Shown here one piece after another: positions 1-11,300 of a stretch of DNA of 64,000 bases. Within the stretch, counting starts at the first letter, position 1; each line of letters opens with the position of its first letter. The DNA comes from the human T2T-CHM13v2.0 reference genome, Homo sapiens. The DNA lies in assembly GCF_009914755.1 (NCBI RefSeq), contig NC_060941.1, one strand, 5' to 3'. Under the pieces are notes generated by a model, which saw nothing but the letters and a program-made list of their open reading frames with translations, did no database searches and had not been told where the DNA came from. The position numbers and the translations under genes are program-made.

Positions 1-104
1 ATGATTGAGTTTAACTCACAGAGCTGAACATTCCTTTGGATGGAGCAGGTTTGAGACACACTTTTTGTAGAATCTACAAGTGGATATTTGGACCTCTCTG
101 AGGA

Positions 105-121
105 TTTCGTTGGAAACGCGA
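105..121 (+). other. Degenerate CENP-B box (CGGG>CGCG), fixed in the HOR
   Basis: TTTCGTTGGAAACGCGA breaks the CGGG core; same sequence recurs at 2820 and in later units. Confidence 0.8.
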
Positions 122-270
122 TAACTGCACCTAACTAAACGGAAGCATTCTCAGAAACTTCTTGGTGATGTTTGCATTCAAATCCCAGAGTTGAACCTTC
201 CTGTGATAGTTCAGGTTTGAAACACTCTTTTTGTAGGATCTGCAAGTGGATATTTGGACCACTCTGTGGC

Positions 271-287
271 CTTCGTTCGAAACGGGT
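271..287 (+). promoter_or_regulatory. CENP-B box (core intact), recurs in every HOR
   Basis: CTTCGTTCGAAACGGGT fits the binding core nTTCGnnnnAnnCGGGn. Confidence 0.85.
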
Positions 288-783
288 ACATCTTCACATA
301 AAATCTAGACAGAAGCCTTCTCAGAAACTTCTCTGTGATGATTGCATTCAACTCACAGATTTGAACCCTCCTATGGATAGAGCATTGTTGAAACTCTCTT
401 TTTGTGGAATCTGCAAGTGGATATGTGGACCTCTCCGAAGATGTCTTTGGAAACGGGAATATCTTCACATAAAAACTAAACAGAAGCATTCTCAGAAACT
501 TCTCTGTGATGTTTGTGTTCAACTCCCAGAGTTTCACATTGCTTTTCATAGAGTAGTTCTGAAACATGCTTTTCGTAGTGTCTGCAAGTGGACATTTGGA
601 GCGCTTTCAGGCCTGTGGTGGAAAACGAATTATGGTCCCATAAAAACTGGAGAGAAGCATTGTCAGAAACTTCTTTGTGATGATTGCATTCAACTCACAG
701 AGATGAAGGTTCCTTTACAAACAGCAGTTTCCAAACACTCTTTCTGTGGAATCTGCAAGTGGATATTTGGACCTCTTTGAAGA

Positions 784-800
784 TTTCGTTGGAAACGGGA
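784..800 (+). promoter_or_regulatory. CENP-B box (consensus), recurs per HOR
   Basis: TTTCGTTGGAAACGGGA matches YTTCGTTGGAARCGGGA. Confidence 0.92.
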
Positions 801-1296
801 GAATCTTCACAGAAAAGCTAAACAGAAGCATTCTCAGAAACTTCTTTGTGATGCTTGCATTCAACTCACAGAGTTGAACTTTCCTTTCGAGAGAGAAGCT
901 TTGAAACACTCTTTTTCCAGAATCTGCAAGTGGACATTTGGAGGGCTTTGAGGCCTGTGGTGGAAAAGGAATTAACTTCCCGTAAAAGCTAGATAGAAGC
1001 ATTCTCAGAAACTACTTTGTGATGATTGCATTCAAGTCACAGAGTTGAACATTCCCTTTGACAGAGCAGTTTGGAAACTCTCTTTGTGTAGAATCTGCAA
1101 GTGGAGATATGGACCGCTTTGAGGCCTATGGTAGTAAAGGAAATAGCTTCATATAAAAGCTAGACAGTAGCATTCACAGAAAACTCTTGGTGACGACTGA
1201 GTTTAACTCACAGAGCTGAACATTCCTTTGGATGGAGCAGTTTCGAAACACACTATTTGTAGAATGTGCAAGTGGATATTTGGGCCTCTCTGAGGA

Positions 1297-1313
1297 TTTC
1301 GTTGGAAACGGGA
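1297..1313 (+). promoter_or_regulatory. CENP-B box (consensus), first of three in adjacent monomers
   Basis: TTTCGTTGGAAACGGGA. Confidence 0.92.
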
Positions 1314-1463
1314 TAAACCGCACAGAAATAAACAGAAGCATTCTCAGAACCTTCTTCGTGATGTTTGCATTCAACTCACAGTGTTGAACCTTTCTTTGAT
1401 AGTTCAGGTTTGAAACGGTCTTTCTGTAGAAACTGCAAGTAGATATTTGGACCTCTCTGAGGA

Positions 1464-1480
1464 TTTCGTTGGAAACGGGA
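1464..1480 (+). promoter_or_regulatory. CENP-B box (consensus), second of three in adjacent monomers
   Basis: TTTCGTTGGAAACGGGA. Confidence 0.92.
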
Positions 1481-1631
1481 TAAACCGCACAGAACTAAAA
1501 CAGAAGCATTCTCAGAACCCTCTTCGTGATGTTTGCATTCAACTCACAGTGCTGAACCTTTCTTTGATAGTTCAGCTTTGAAACACTCTTCTTGTAGAAA
1601 CTGCAAGTGGATATTTGGTCCTCTCTGAGGA

Positions 1632-1648
1632 TTTCGTTGGAAACGGGA
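1632..1648 (+). promoter_or_regulatory. CENP-B box (consensus), third of three in adjacent monomers
   Basis: TTTCGTTGGAAACGGGA. Confidence 0.92.
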
Positions 1649-1969
1649 TAAACCGCACAGAACTAAACAGAAGCATTCTCAGAACCTTCTTCGTGATGTC
1701 TGCATTCAACTCACAGTGTGGAACATTTCTTTGATAGTTCAGGTTTGAAACTCTCTTTTTGTAGAAACTGCAAGGGGATAATTGCACTTCTTTGAGGCCT
1801 ACCGTAGTAAAGGAAATAACTTCCTATAGAAAGAAGACAGAAGCTTTCTCAGAAAATCCTTTGGGATGATTGAGTGGAACTCACAGAGCTGAACATTCCT
1901 TGCGATGTAGCAGTTTAGAAACACACTTTCTGCAGAATCTGCAAGTGCATATTTGGACCTCTCTGAGGA

Positions 1970-1986
1970 ATTCGTTGGAAACGGGA
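1970..1986 (+). promoter_or_regulatory. CENP-B box (core intact) overlapping the unit's EcoRI site (GAATTC 1968-1973)
   Basis: ATTCGTTGGAAACGGGA; all core positions present. Confidence 0.88.
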
Positions 1987-2135
1987 TAATTTCAGCTGAC
2001 TAAACAGAAGCAGTCTCAGAATCTTCTTTGTGATGTTTGCATTCAAATCCCAGAGTTGAACTTCCCTTTCAAAGTTCACGTTTGAAACACTCTTTTTGCA
2101 GGATCTACAAGTGGATATTTGGACCACTCTGTGTC

Positions 2136-2152
2136 CTTCGTTCGAAACGGGT
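2136..2152 (+). promoter_or_regulatory. CENP-B box (core intact), recurs per HOR
   Basis: CTTCGTTCGAAACGGGT fits nTTCGnnnnAnnCGGGn. Confidence 0.85.
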
Positions 2153-2306
2153 ATATCTTCACATGACATCTAGACAGAAGCATTCTCGGAAGCTTCTCTG
2201 TGATGACTGCATTCAACTCACGGAGTTGAACACTCCTTTTGAGAGCGCAGTTTTGAAACTCTCTTTCTGTGGCATCTGCAAGGGGACATGTAGACCTCTT
2301 TGAAGA

Positions 2307-2323
2307 TTTCGTTGGAAACGGAA
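2307..2323 (+). other. Degenerate CENP-B box (CGGG>CGGA), fixed in the HOR
   Basis: TTTCGTTGGAAACGGAA. A third degenerate B box (TGTCTTTGGAAACGGGA, lacking TTCG) lies at ~442-458. Confidence 0.8.
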
Positions 2324-5300
2324 TCATCTTCACATAAAAACTATACAGATGCATTCTCAGGAACTTTTTGGTGATGTTTGTATTCAACTCCCAGAGTTGA
2401 ACTTTCCTTTGGAAAGAGCAGCTATGAAACACTCTTTTTCTAGAATCTGCAAGTGGACGTTTGGAGGGCTTTGTGGTTTGTGGTGGAAAAGGAAATATCT
2501 TCACCTAAATACTAGATAGAAGCATTCTCAGAAACTGCTTTGTGATGATTGCATTCACCTCACAGAGTTGAACATTCCTATTGATAGAGCAGTTTGGAAA
2601 CACTCTTGTTGTGGAATGTGCAAGTGGAGATTTGGAGCGCTTTGAGGCCTATGGTAGTAAAGGGAATAGCTTCATAGAAAAACTAGACAGAAGCATTCTC
2701 AGAAAATACTTTGTGATGATTGAGTTTAACTCACAGAGCTGAACATTCCTTTGGATGGAGCAGGTTTGAGACACACTTTTTGTAGAATCTACAAGTGGAT
2801 ATTTGGACCTCTCTGAGGATTTCGTTGGAAACGCGATAACTGCACCTAACTAAACGGAAGCATTCTCAGAAACTTCTTGGTGATGTTTGCATTCAAATCC
2901 CAGAGTTGAACCTTCCTGTGATAGTTCAGGTTTGAAACACTCTTTTTGTAGGATCTGCAAGTGGATATTTGGACCACTCTGTGGCCTTCGTTCGAAACGG
3001 GTACATCTTCACATAAAATCTAGACAGAAGCCTTCTCAGAAACTTCTCTGTGATGATTGCATTCAACTCACAGATTTGAACCCTCCTATGGATAGAGCAT
3101 TGTTGAAACTCTCTTTTTGTGGAATCTGCAAGTGGATATGTGGACCTCTCCGAAGATGTCTTTGGAAACGGGAATATCTTCACATAAAAACTAAACAGAA
3201 GCATTCTCAGAAACTTCTCTGTGATGTTTGTGTTCAACTCCCAGAGTTTCACATTGCTTTTCATAGAGTAGTTCTGAAACATGCTTTTCGTAGTGTCTGC
3301 AAGTGGACATTTGGAGCGCTTTCAGGCCTGTGGTGGAAAACGAATTATGGTCCCATAAAAACTGGAGAGAAGCATTGTCAGAAACTTCTTTGTGATGATT
3401 GCATTCAACTCACAGAGATGAAGGTTCCTTTACAAACAGCAGTTTCCAAACACTCTTTCTGTGGAATCTGCAAGTGGATATTTGGACCTCTTTGAAGATT
3501 TCGTTGGAAACGGGAGAATCTTCACAGAAAAGCTAAAGAGAAGCATTCTCAGAAACTTCTTTGTGATGCTTGCATTCAACTCACAGAGTTGAACTTTCCT
3601 TTCGAGAGAGAAGCTTTGAAACACTCTTTTTCCAGAATCTGCAAGTGGACATTTGGAGGGCTTTGAGGCCTGTGGTGGAAAAGGAATTAACTTCCCGTAA
3701 AAGCTAGATAGAAGCATTCTCAGAAACTACTTTGTGATGATTGCATTCAAGTCACAGAGTTGAACATTCCCTTTGACAGAGCAGTTTGGAAACTCTCTTT
3801 GTGTAGAATCTGCAAGTGGAGATATGGACCGCTTTGAGGCCTATGGTAGTAAAGGAAATAGCTTCATATAAAAGCTAGACGGTAGCATTCACAGAAAACT
3901 CTTGGTGACGACTGAGTTTAACTCACAGAGCTGAACATTCCTTTGGATGGAGCAGTTTCGAAACACACTATTTGTAGAATGTGCAAGTGGATATTTGGGC
4001 CTCTCTGAGGATTTCGTTGGAAACGGGATAAACCGCACAGAACTAAACAGAAGCATTCTCAGAACCTTCTTCGTGATGTTTGCATTCAACTCACAGTGTT
4101 GAACCTTTCTTTGATAGTTCAGGTTTGAAACGGTCTTTCTGTAGAAACTGCAAGTAGATATTTGGACCTCTCTGAGGATTTCGTTGGAAACGGGATAAAC
4201 CGCACAGAACTAAAACAGAAGCATTCTCAGAACCCTCTTCGTGATGTTTGCATTCAACTCACAGTGCTGAACCTTTCTTTGATAGTTCAGCTTTGAAACA
4301 CTCTTCTTGTAGAAACTGCAAGTGGATATTTGGTCCTCTCTGAGGATTTCGTTGGAAACGGGATAAACCGCACAGAACTAAACAGAAGCATTCTCAGAAC
4401 CTTCTTCGTGATGTCTGCATTCAACTCACAGTGTGGAACCTTTCTTTGATAGTTCAGGTTTGAAACTCTCTTTTTGTAGAAACTGCAAGGGGATAATTGC
4501 ACTTCTTTGAGGCCTACCGTAGTAAAGGAAATAACTTCCTATAGAAAGAAGACAGAAGCTTTCTCAGAAAATCCTTTGGGATGATTGAGTGGAACTCACA
4601 GAGCTGAACATTCCTTGCGATGTAGCAGTTTAGAAACACACTTTCTGCAGAATCTGCAAGTGCATATTTGGACCTCTCTGAGGAATTCGTTGGAAACGGG
4701 ATAATTTCAGCTGACTAAACAGAAGCAGTCTCAGAATCTTCTTTGTGATGTTTGCATTCAAATCCCAGAGTTGAACTTCCCTTTCAAAGTTCACGTTTGA
4801 AACACTCTTTTTGCAGGATCTACAAGTGGATATTTGGACCACTCTGTGTCCTTCGTTCGAAACGGGTATATCTTCACATGACATCTAGACAGAAGCATTC
4901 TCAGAAGCTTCTCTGTGATGACTGCATTCAACTCACGGAGTTGAACACTCCTTTTGAGAGCGCAGTTTTGAAACTCTCTTTCTGTGGCATCTGCAAGGGG
5001 ACATGTAGACCTCTTTGAAGATTTCGTTGGAAACGGAATCATCTTCACATAAAAACTATACAGATGCATTCTCAGGAACTTTTTGGTGATGTTTGTATTC
5101 AACTCCCAGAGTTGAACTTTCCTTTGGAAAGAGCAGCTATGAAACACTCTTTTTCTAGAATCTGCAAGTGGACGTTTGGAGGGCTTTGTGGTTTGTGGTG
5201 GAAAAGGAAATATCTTCACCTAAATACTAGATAGAAGCATTCTCAGAAACTGCTTTGTGATGATTGCATTCACCTCACAGAGTTGAACATTCCTATTGAT

Positions 5301-8300
5301 AGAGCAGTTTGGAAACACTCTTGTTGTGGAATGTGCAAGTGGAGATTTGGAGCGCTTTGAGGCCTATGGTAGTAAAGGGAATAGCTTCATAGAAAAACTA
5401 GACAGAAGCATTCTCAGAAAATACTTTGTGATGATTGAGTTTAACTCACAGAGCTGAACATTCCTTTGGATGGAGCAGGTTTGAGACACACTTTTTGTAG
5501 AATCTACAAGTGGATATTTGGACCTCTCTGAGGATTTCGTTGGAAACGCGATAACTGCACCTAACTAAACGGAAGCATTCTCAGAAACTTCTTGGTGATG
5601 TTTGCATTCAAATCCCAGAGTTGAACCTTCCTGTGATAGTTCAGGTTTGAAACACTCTTTTTGTAGGATCTGCAAGTGGATATTTGGACCACTCTGTGGC
5701 CTTCGTTCGAAACGGGTACATCTTCACATAAAATCTAGACAGAAGCCTTCTCAGAAACTTCTCTGTGATGATTGCATTCAACTCACAGATTTGAACCCTC
5801 CTATGGATAGAGCATTGTTGAAACTCTCTTTTTGTGGAATCTGCAAGTGGATATGTGGACCTCTCCGAAGATGTCTTTGGAAACGGGAATATCTTCACAT
5901 AAAAACTAAACAGAAGCATTCTCAGAAACTTCTCTGTGATGTTTGTGTTCAACTCCCAGAGTTTCACATTGCTTTTCATAGAGTAGTTCTGAAACATGCT
6001 TTTCGTAGTGTCTGCAAGTGGACATTTGGAGCGCTTTCAGGCCTGTGGTGGAAAACGAATTATGGTCCCATAAAAACTGGAGAGAAGCATTGTCAGAAAC
6101 TTCTTTGTGATGATTGCATTCAACTCACAGAGATGAAGGTTCCTTTACAAACAGCAGTTTCCAAACACTCTTTCTGTGGAATCTGCAAGTGGATATTTGG
6201 ACCTCTTTGAAGATTTCGTTGGAAACGGGAGAATCTTCACAGAAAAGCTAAAGAGAAGCATTCTCAGAAACTTCTTTGTGATGCTTGCATTCAACTCACA
6301 GAGTTGAACTTTCCTTTCGAGAGAGAAGCTTTGAAACACTCTTTTTCCAGAATCTGCAAGTGGACATTTGGAGGGCTTTGAGGCCTGTGGTGGAAAAGGA
6401 ATTAACTTCCCGTAAAAGCTAGATAGAAGCATTCTCAGAAACTACTTTGTGATGATTGCATTCAAGTCACAGAGTTGAACATTCCCTTTGACAGAGCAGT
6501 TTGGAAACTCTCTTTGTGTAGAATCTGCAAGTGGAGATATGGACCGCTTTGAGGCCTATGGTAGTAAAGGAAATAGCTTCATATAAAAGCTAGACGGTAG
6601 CATTCACAGAAAACTCTTGGTGACGACTGAGTTTAACTCACAGAGCTGAACATTCCTTTGGATGGAGCAGTTTCGAAACACACTATTTGTAGAATGTGCA
6701 AGTGGATATTTGGGCCTCTCTGAGGATTTCGTTGGAAACGGGATAAACCGCACAGAACTAAACAGAAGCATTCTCAGAACCTTCTTCGTGATGTTTGCAT
6801 TCAACTCACAGTGTTGAACCTTTCTTTGATAGTTCAGGTTTGAAACGGTCTTTCTGTAGAAACTGCAAGTAGATATTTGGACCTCTCTGAGGATTTCGTT
6901 GGAAACGGGATAAACCGCACAGAACTAAAACAGAAGCATTCTCAGAACCCTCTTCGTGATGTTTGCATTCAACTCACAGTGCTGAACCTTTCTTTGATAG
7001 TTCAGCTTTGAAACACTCTTCTTGTAGAAACTGCAAGTGGATATTTGGTCCTCTCTGAGGATTTCGTTGGAAACGGGATAAACCGCACAGAACTAAACAG
7101 AAGCATTCTCAGAACCTTCTTCGTGATGTCTGCATTCAACTCACAGTGTGGAATCTTTCTTTGATAGTTCAGGTTTGAAACACTCTTTTTGTAGAAACTG
7201 CAAGGGGATAATTGCACTTCTTTGAGGCCTACCGTAGTAAAGGAAATAACTTCCTATAGAAAGAAGACAGAAGCTTTCTCAGAAAATCCTTTGGGATGAT
7301 TGAGTGGAACTCACAGAGCTGAACATTCCTTGCGATGTAGCAGTTTAGAAACACAATTTCTGCAGAATCTGCAAGTGCATATTTGGACCTCTCTGAGGAA
7401 TTCGTTGGAAACGGGATAATTTCAGCTGACTAAACAGAAGCAGTCTCAGAATCTTCTTTGTGATGTTTGCATTCAAATCCCAGAGTTGAACTTCCCTTTC
7501 AAAGTTCACGTTTGAAACACTCTTTTTGCAGGATCTACAAGTGGATATTTGGACCACTCTGTGTCCTTCGTTCGAAACGGGTATATCTTCACATGACATC
7601 TAGACAGAAGCATTCTCAGAAGCTTCTCTGTGATGACTGCATTCAACTCACGGAGTTGAACACTCCTTTTGAGAGCGCAGTTTTGAAACTCTCTTTCTGT
7701 GGCATCTGCAAGGGGACATGTAGACCTCTTTGAAGATTTCGTTGGAAACGGAATCATCTTCACATAAAAACTATACAGATGCATTCTCAGGAACTTTTTG
7801 GTGATGTTTGTATTCAACTCCCAGAGTTGAACTTTCCTTTGGAAAGAGCAGCTATGAAACACTCTTTTTCTAGAATCTGCAAGTGGACGTTTGGAGGGCT
7901 TTGTGGTTTGTGGTGGAAAAGGAAATATCTTCACCTAAATACTAGATAGAAGCATTCTCAGAAACTGCTTTGTGATGATTGCATTCACCTCACAGAGTTG
8001 AACATTCCTATTGATAGAGCAGTTTGGAAACACTCTTGTTGTGGAATGTGCAAGTGGAGATTTGGAGCGCTTTGAGGCCTATGGTAGTAAAGGGAATAGC
8101 TTCATAGAAAAACTAGACAGAAGCATTCTCAGAAAATACTTTGTGATGATTGAGTTTAACTCACAGAGCTGAACATTCCTTTGGATGGAGCAGGTTTGAG
8201 ACACACTTTTTGTAGAATCTACAAGTGGATATTTGGACCTCTCTGAGGATTTCGTTGGAAACGCGATAACTGCACCTAACTAAACGGAAGCATTCTCAGA

Positions 8301-11300
8301 AACTTCTTGGTGATGTTTGCATTCAAATCCCAGAGTTGAACCTTCCTGTGATAGTTCAGGTTTGAAACACTCTTTTTGTAGGATCTGCAAGTGGATATTT
8401 GGACCACTCTGTGGCCTTCGTTCGAAACGGGTACATCTTCACATAAAATCTAGACAGAAGCCTTCTCAGAAACTTCTCTGTGATGATTGCATTCAACTCA
8501 CAGATTTGAACCCTCCTATGGATAGAGCATTGTTGAAACTCTCTTTTTGTGGAATCTGCAAGTGGATATGTGGACCTCTCCGAAGATGTCTTTGGAAACG
8601 GGAATATCTTCACATAAAAACTAAACAGAAGCATTCTCAGAAACTTCTCTGTGATGTTTGTGTTCAACTCCCAGAGTTTCACATTGCTTTTCATAGAGTA
8701 GTTCTGAAACATGCTTTTCGTAGTGTCTGCAAGTGGAAATTTGGAGCGCTTTCAGGCCTGTGGTGGAAAACGAATTATGGTCCCATAAAAACTGGAGAGA
8801 AGCATTGTCAGAAACTTCTTTGTGATGATTGCATTCAACTCACAGAGATGAAGGTTCCTTTACAAACAGCAGTTTCCAAACACTCTTTCTGTGGAATCTG
8901 CAAGTGGATATTTGGACCTCTTTGAAGATTTCGTTGGAAACGGGAGAATCTTCACAGAAAAGCTAAACAGAAGCATTCTCAGAAACTTCTTTGTGATGCT
9001 TGCATTCAACTCACAGAGTTGAACTTTCCTTTCGAGAGAGAAGCTTTGAAACACTCTTTTTCCAGAATCTGCAAGTGGACATTTGGAGGGCTTTGAGGCC
9101 TGTGGTGGAAAAGGAATTAACTTCCCGTAAAAGCTAGATAGAAGCATTCTCAGAAACTACTTTGTGATGATTGCATTCAAGTCACAGAGTTGAACATTCC
9201 CTTTGACAGAGCAGTTTGGAAACTCTTTTTGTGTAGAATCTGCAAGTGGAGATATGGACCGCTTTGAGGCCTATGGTAGTAAAGGAAATAGCTTCATATA
9301 AAAGCTAGACGGTAGCATTCACAGAAAACTCTTGGTGACGACTGAGTTTAACTCACAGAGCTGAACATTCCTTTGGATGGAGCAGTTTCGAAACACACTA
9401 TTTGTAGAATGTGCAAGTGGATATTTGGGCCTCTCTGAGGATTTCGTTGGAAACGGGATAAACCGCACAGAACTAAACAGAAGCATTCTCAGAACCTTCT
9501 TCGTGATGTTTGCATTCAACTCACAGTGTTGAACCTTTCTTTGATAGTTCAGGTTTGAAACGGTCTTTCTGTAGAAACTGCAAGTAGATATTTGGACCTC
9601 TCTGAGGATTTCGTTGGAAACGGGATAAACCGCACAGAACTAAAACAGAACCATTCTCAGAACCCTCTTCGTGATGTTTGCATTCAACTCACAGTGCTGA
9701 ACCTTTCTTTGATAGTTCAGCTTTGAAACACTCTTCTTGTAGAAACTGCAAGTGGATATTTGGTCCTCTCTGAGGATTTCGTTGGAAACGGGATAAACCG
9801 CACAGAACTAAACAGAAGCATTCTCAGAACCTTCTTCGTGATGTCTGCATTCAACTCACAGTGTGGAACCTTTCTTTGATAGTTCAGGTTTGAAACACTC
9901 TTTTTGTAGAAACTGCAAGGGGATAATTGCACTTCTTTGAGGCCTACCGTAGTAAAGGAAATAACTTCCTATAGAAAGAAGACAGAAGCTTTCTCAGAAA
10001 ATCCTTTGGGATGATTGAGTGGAACTCACAGAGCTGAACATTCCTTGCGATGTAGCAGTTTAGAAACACACTTTCTGCAGAATCTGCAAGTGCATATTTG
10101 GACCTCTCTGAGGAATTCGTTGGAAACGGGATAATTTCAGCTGACTAAACAGAAGCAGTCTCAGAATCTTCTTTGTGATGTTTGCATTCAAATCCCAGAG
10201 TTGAACTTCCCTTTCAAAGTTCACGTTTGAAACACTCTTTTTGCAGGATCTACAAGTGGATATTTGGACCACTCTGTGTCCTTCGTTCGAAACGGGTATA
10301 TCTTCACATGACATCTAGACAGAAGCATTCTCAGAAGCTTCTCTGTGATGACTGCATTCAACTCACGGAGTTGAACACTCCTTTTGAGAGCGCAGTTTTG
10401 AAACTCTCTTTCTGTGGCATCTGCAAGGGGACATGTAGACCTCTTTGAAGATTTCGTTGGAAACGGAATCATCTTCACATAAAAACTATACAGATGCATT
10501 CTCAGGAACTTTTTGGTGATGTTTGTATTCAACTCCCAGAGTTGAACTTTCCTTTGGAAAGAGCAGCTATGAAACACTCTTTTTCTAGAATCTGCAAGTG
10601 GACGTTTGGAGGGCTTTGTGGTTTGTGGTGGAAAAGGAAATATCTTCACCTAAATACTAGATAGAAGCATTCTCAGAAACTGCTTTGTGATGATTGCATT
10701 CACCTCACAGAGTTGAACATTCCTATTGATAGAGCAGTTTGGAAACACTCTTGTTGTGGAATGTGCAAGTGGAGATTTGGAGCGCTTTGAGGCCTATGGT
10801 AGTAAAGGGAATAGCTTCATAGAAAAACTAGACAGAAGCATTCTCAGAAAATACTTTGTGATGATTGAGTTTAACTCACAGAGCTGAACATTCCTTTGGA
10901 TGGAGCAGGTTTGAGACACACTTTTTGTAGAATCTACAAGTGGATATTTGGACCTCTCTGAGGATTTCGTTGGAAACGCGATAACTGCACCTAACTAAAC
11001 GGAAGCATTCTCAGAAACTTCTTGGTGATGTTTGCATTCAAATCCCAGAGTTGAACCTTCCTGTGATAGTTCAGGTTTGAAACTCTCTTTTTGTAGGATC
11101 TGCAAGTGGATATTTGGACCACTCTGTGGCCTTCGTTCGAAACGGGTACATCTTCACATAAAATCTAGACAGAAGCCTTCTCAGAAACTTCTCTGTGATG
11201 ATTGCATTCAACTCACAGATTTGAACCCTCCTATGGATAGAGCATTGTTGAAACTCTCTTTTTGTGGAATCTGCAAGTGGATATGTGGACCTCTCCGAAG

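Larger units (their letters stand above)
1286..1775 (+). repeat. Internal near-identical triplication (~167-168 bp x3) inside each HOR
   Basis: CTCTCTGAGGATTTCGTTGGAAACGGGATAAACCGCACAGAA...TTCGTGATGT...TTTCTTTGATAGTTCAG occurs three times in tandem; these copies are visibly more alike than any other monomers. End points approximate. Confidence 0.88.
146..2860 (+). repeat. Representative canonical 16-monomer HOR unit (H1), 2715 bp
   Basis: Monomer starts (CATTCTCAGAA-like) at 146, 316, 487, 658, 829, 1000, 1171, 1339, 1507, 1674, 1844, 2011, 2181, 2352, 2523, 2694; next unit starts at 2861. Monomer lengths 167-171 bp. A/B box pattern read cyclically from 1844 is BBBAA-BBBA-BAA-BBBA, i.e. a rearranged SF3 pentamer. 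Confidence 0.95.

Noticed and set aside
148-156. TTCTCAGAA matches the STAT/GAS motif TTCN3GAA in most monomers, and the region resembles a heat-shock element
   Set aside because: A short motif intrinsic to the alphoid consensus with no evidence of binding. The GAA/TTC spacing is 3 bp rather than the 2 bp of nGAAn arrays.
172-780. 202-aa plus-strand ORF repeated in nearly every HOR (Cys/His/Lys-rich, superficially zinc-finger-like)
   Set aside because: It starts at TTG, not ATG. Its internal ~57-aa periodicity is simply 171 bp divided by 3. It is truncated by a stop in H6 (13747..14013) and has no recognisable domain or gene context. It is translated satellite.
211-2504. Recurring 66-142 aa ORFs on both strands
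   Set aside because: They overlap on opposite strands, recur only because the DNA is repeated, and show no coding features.
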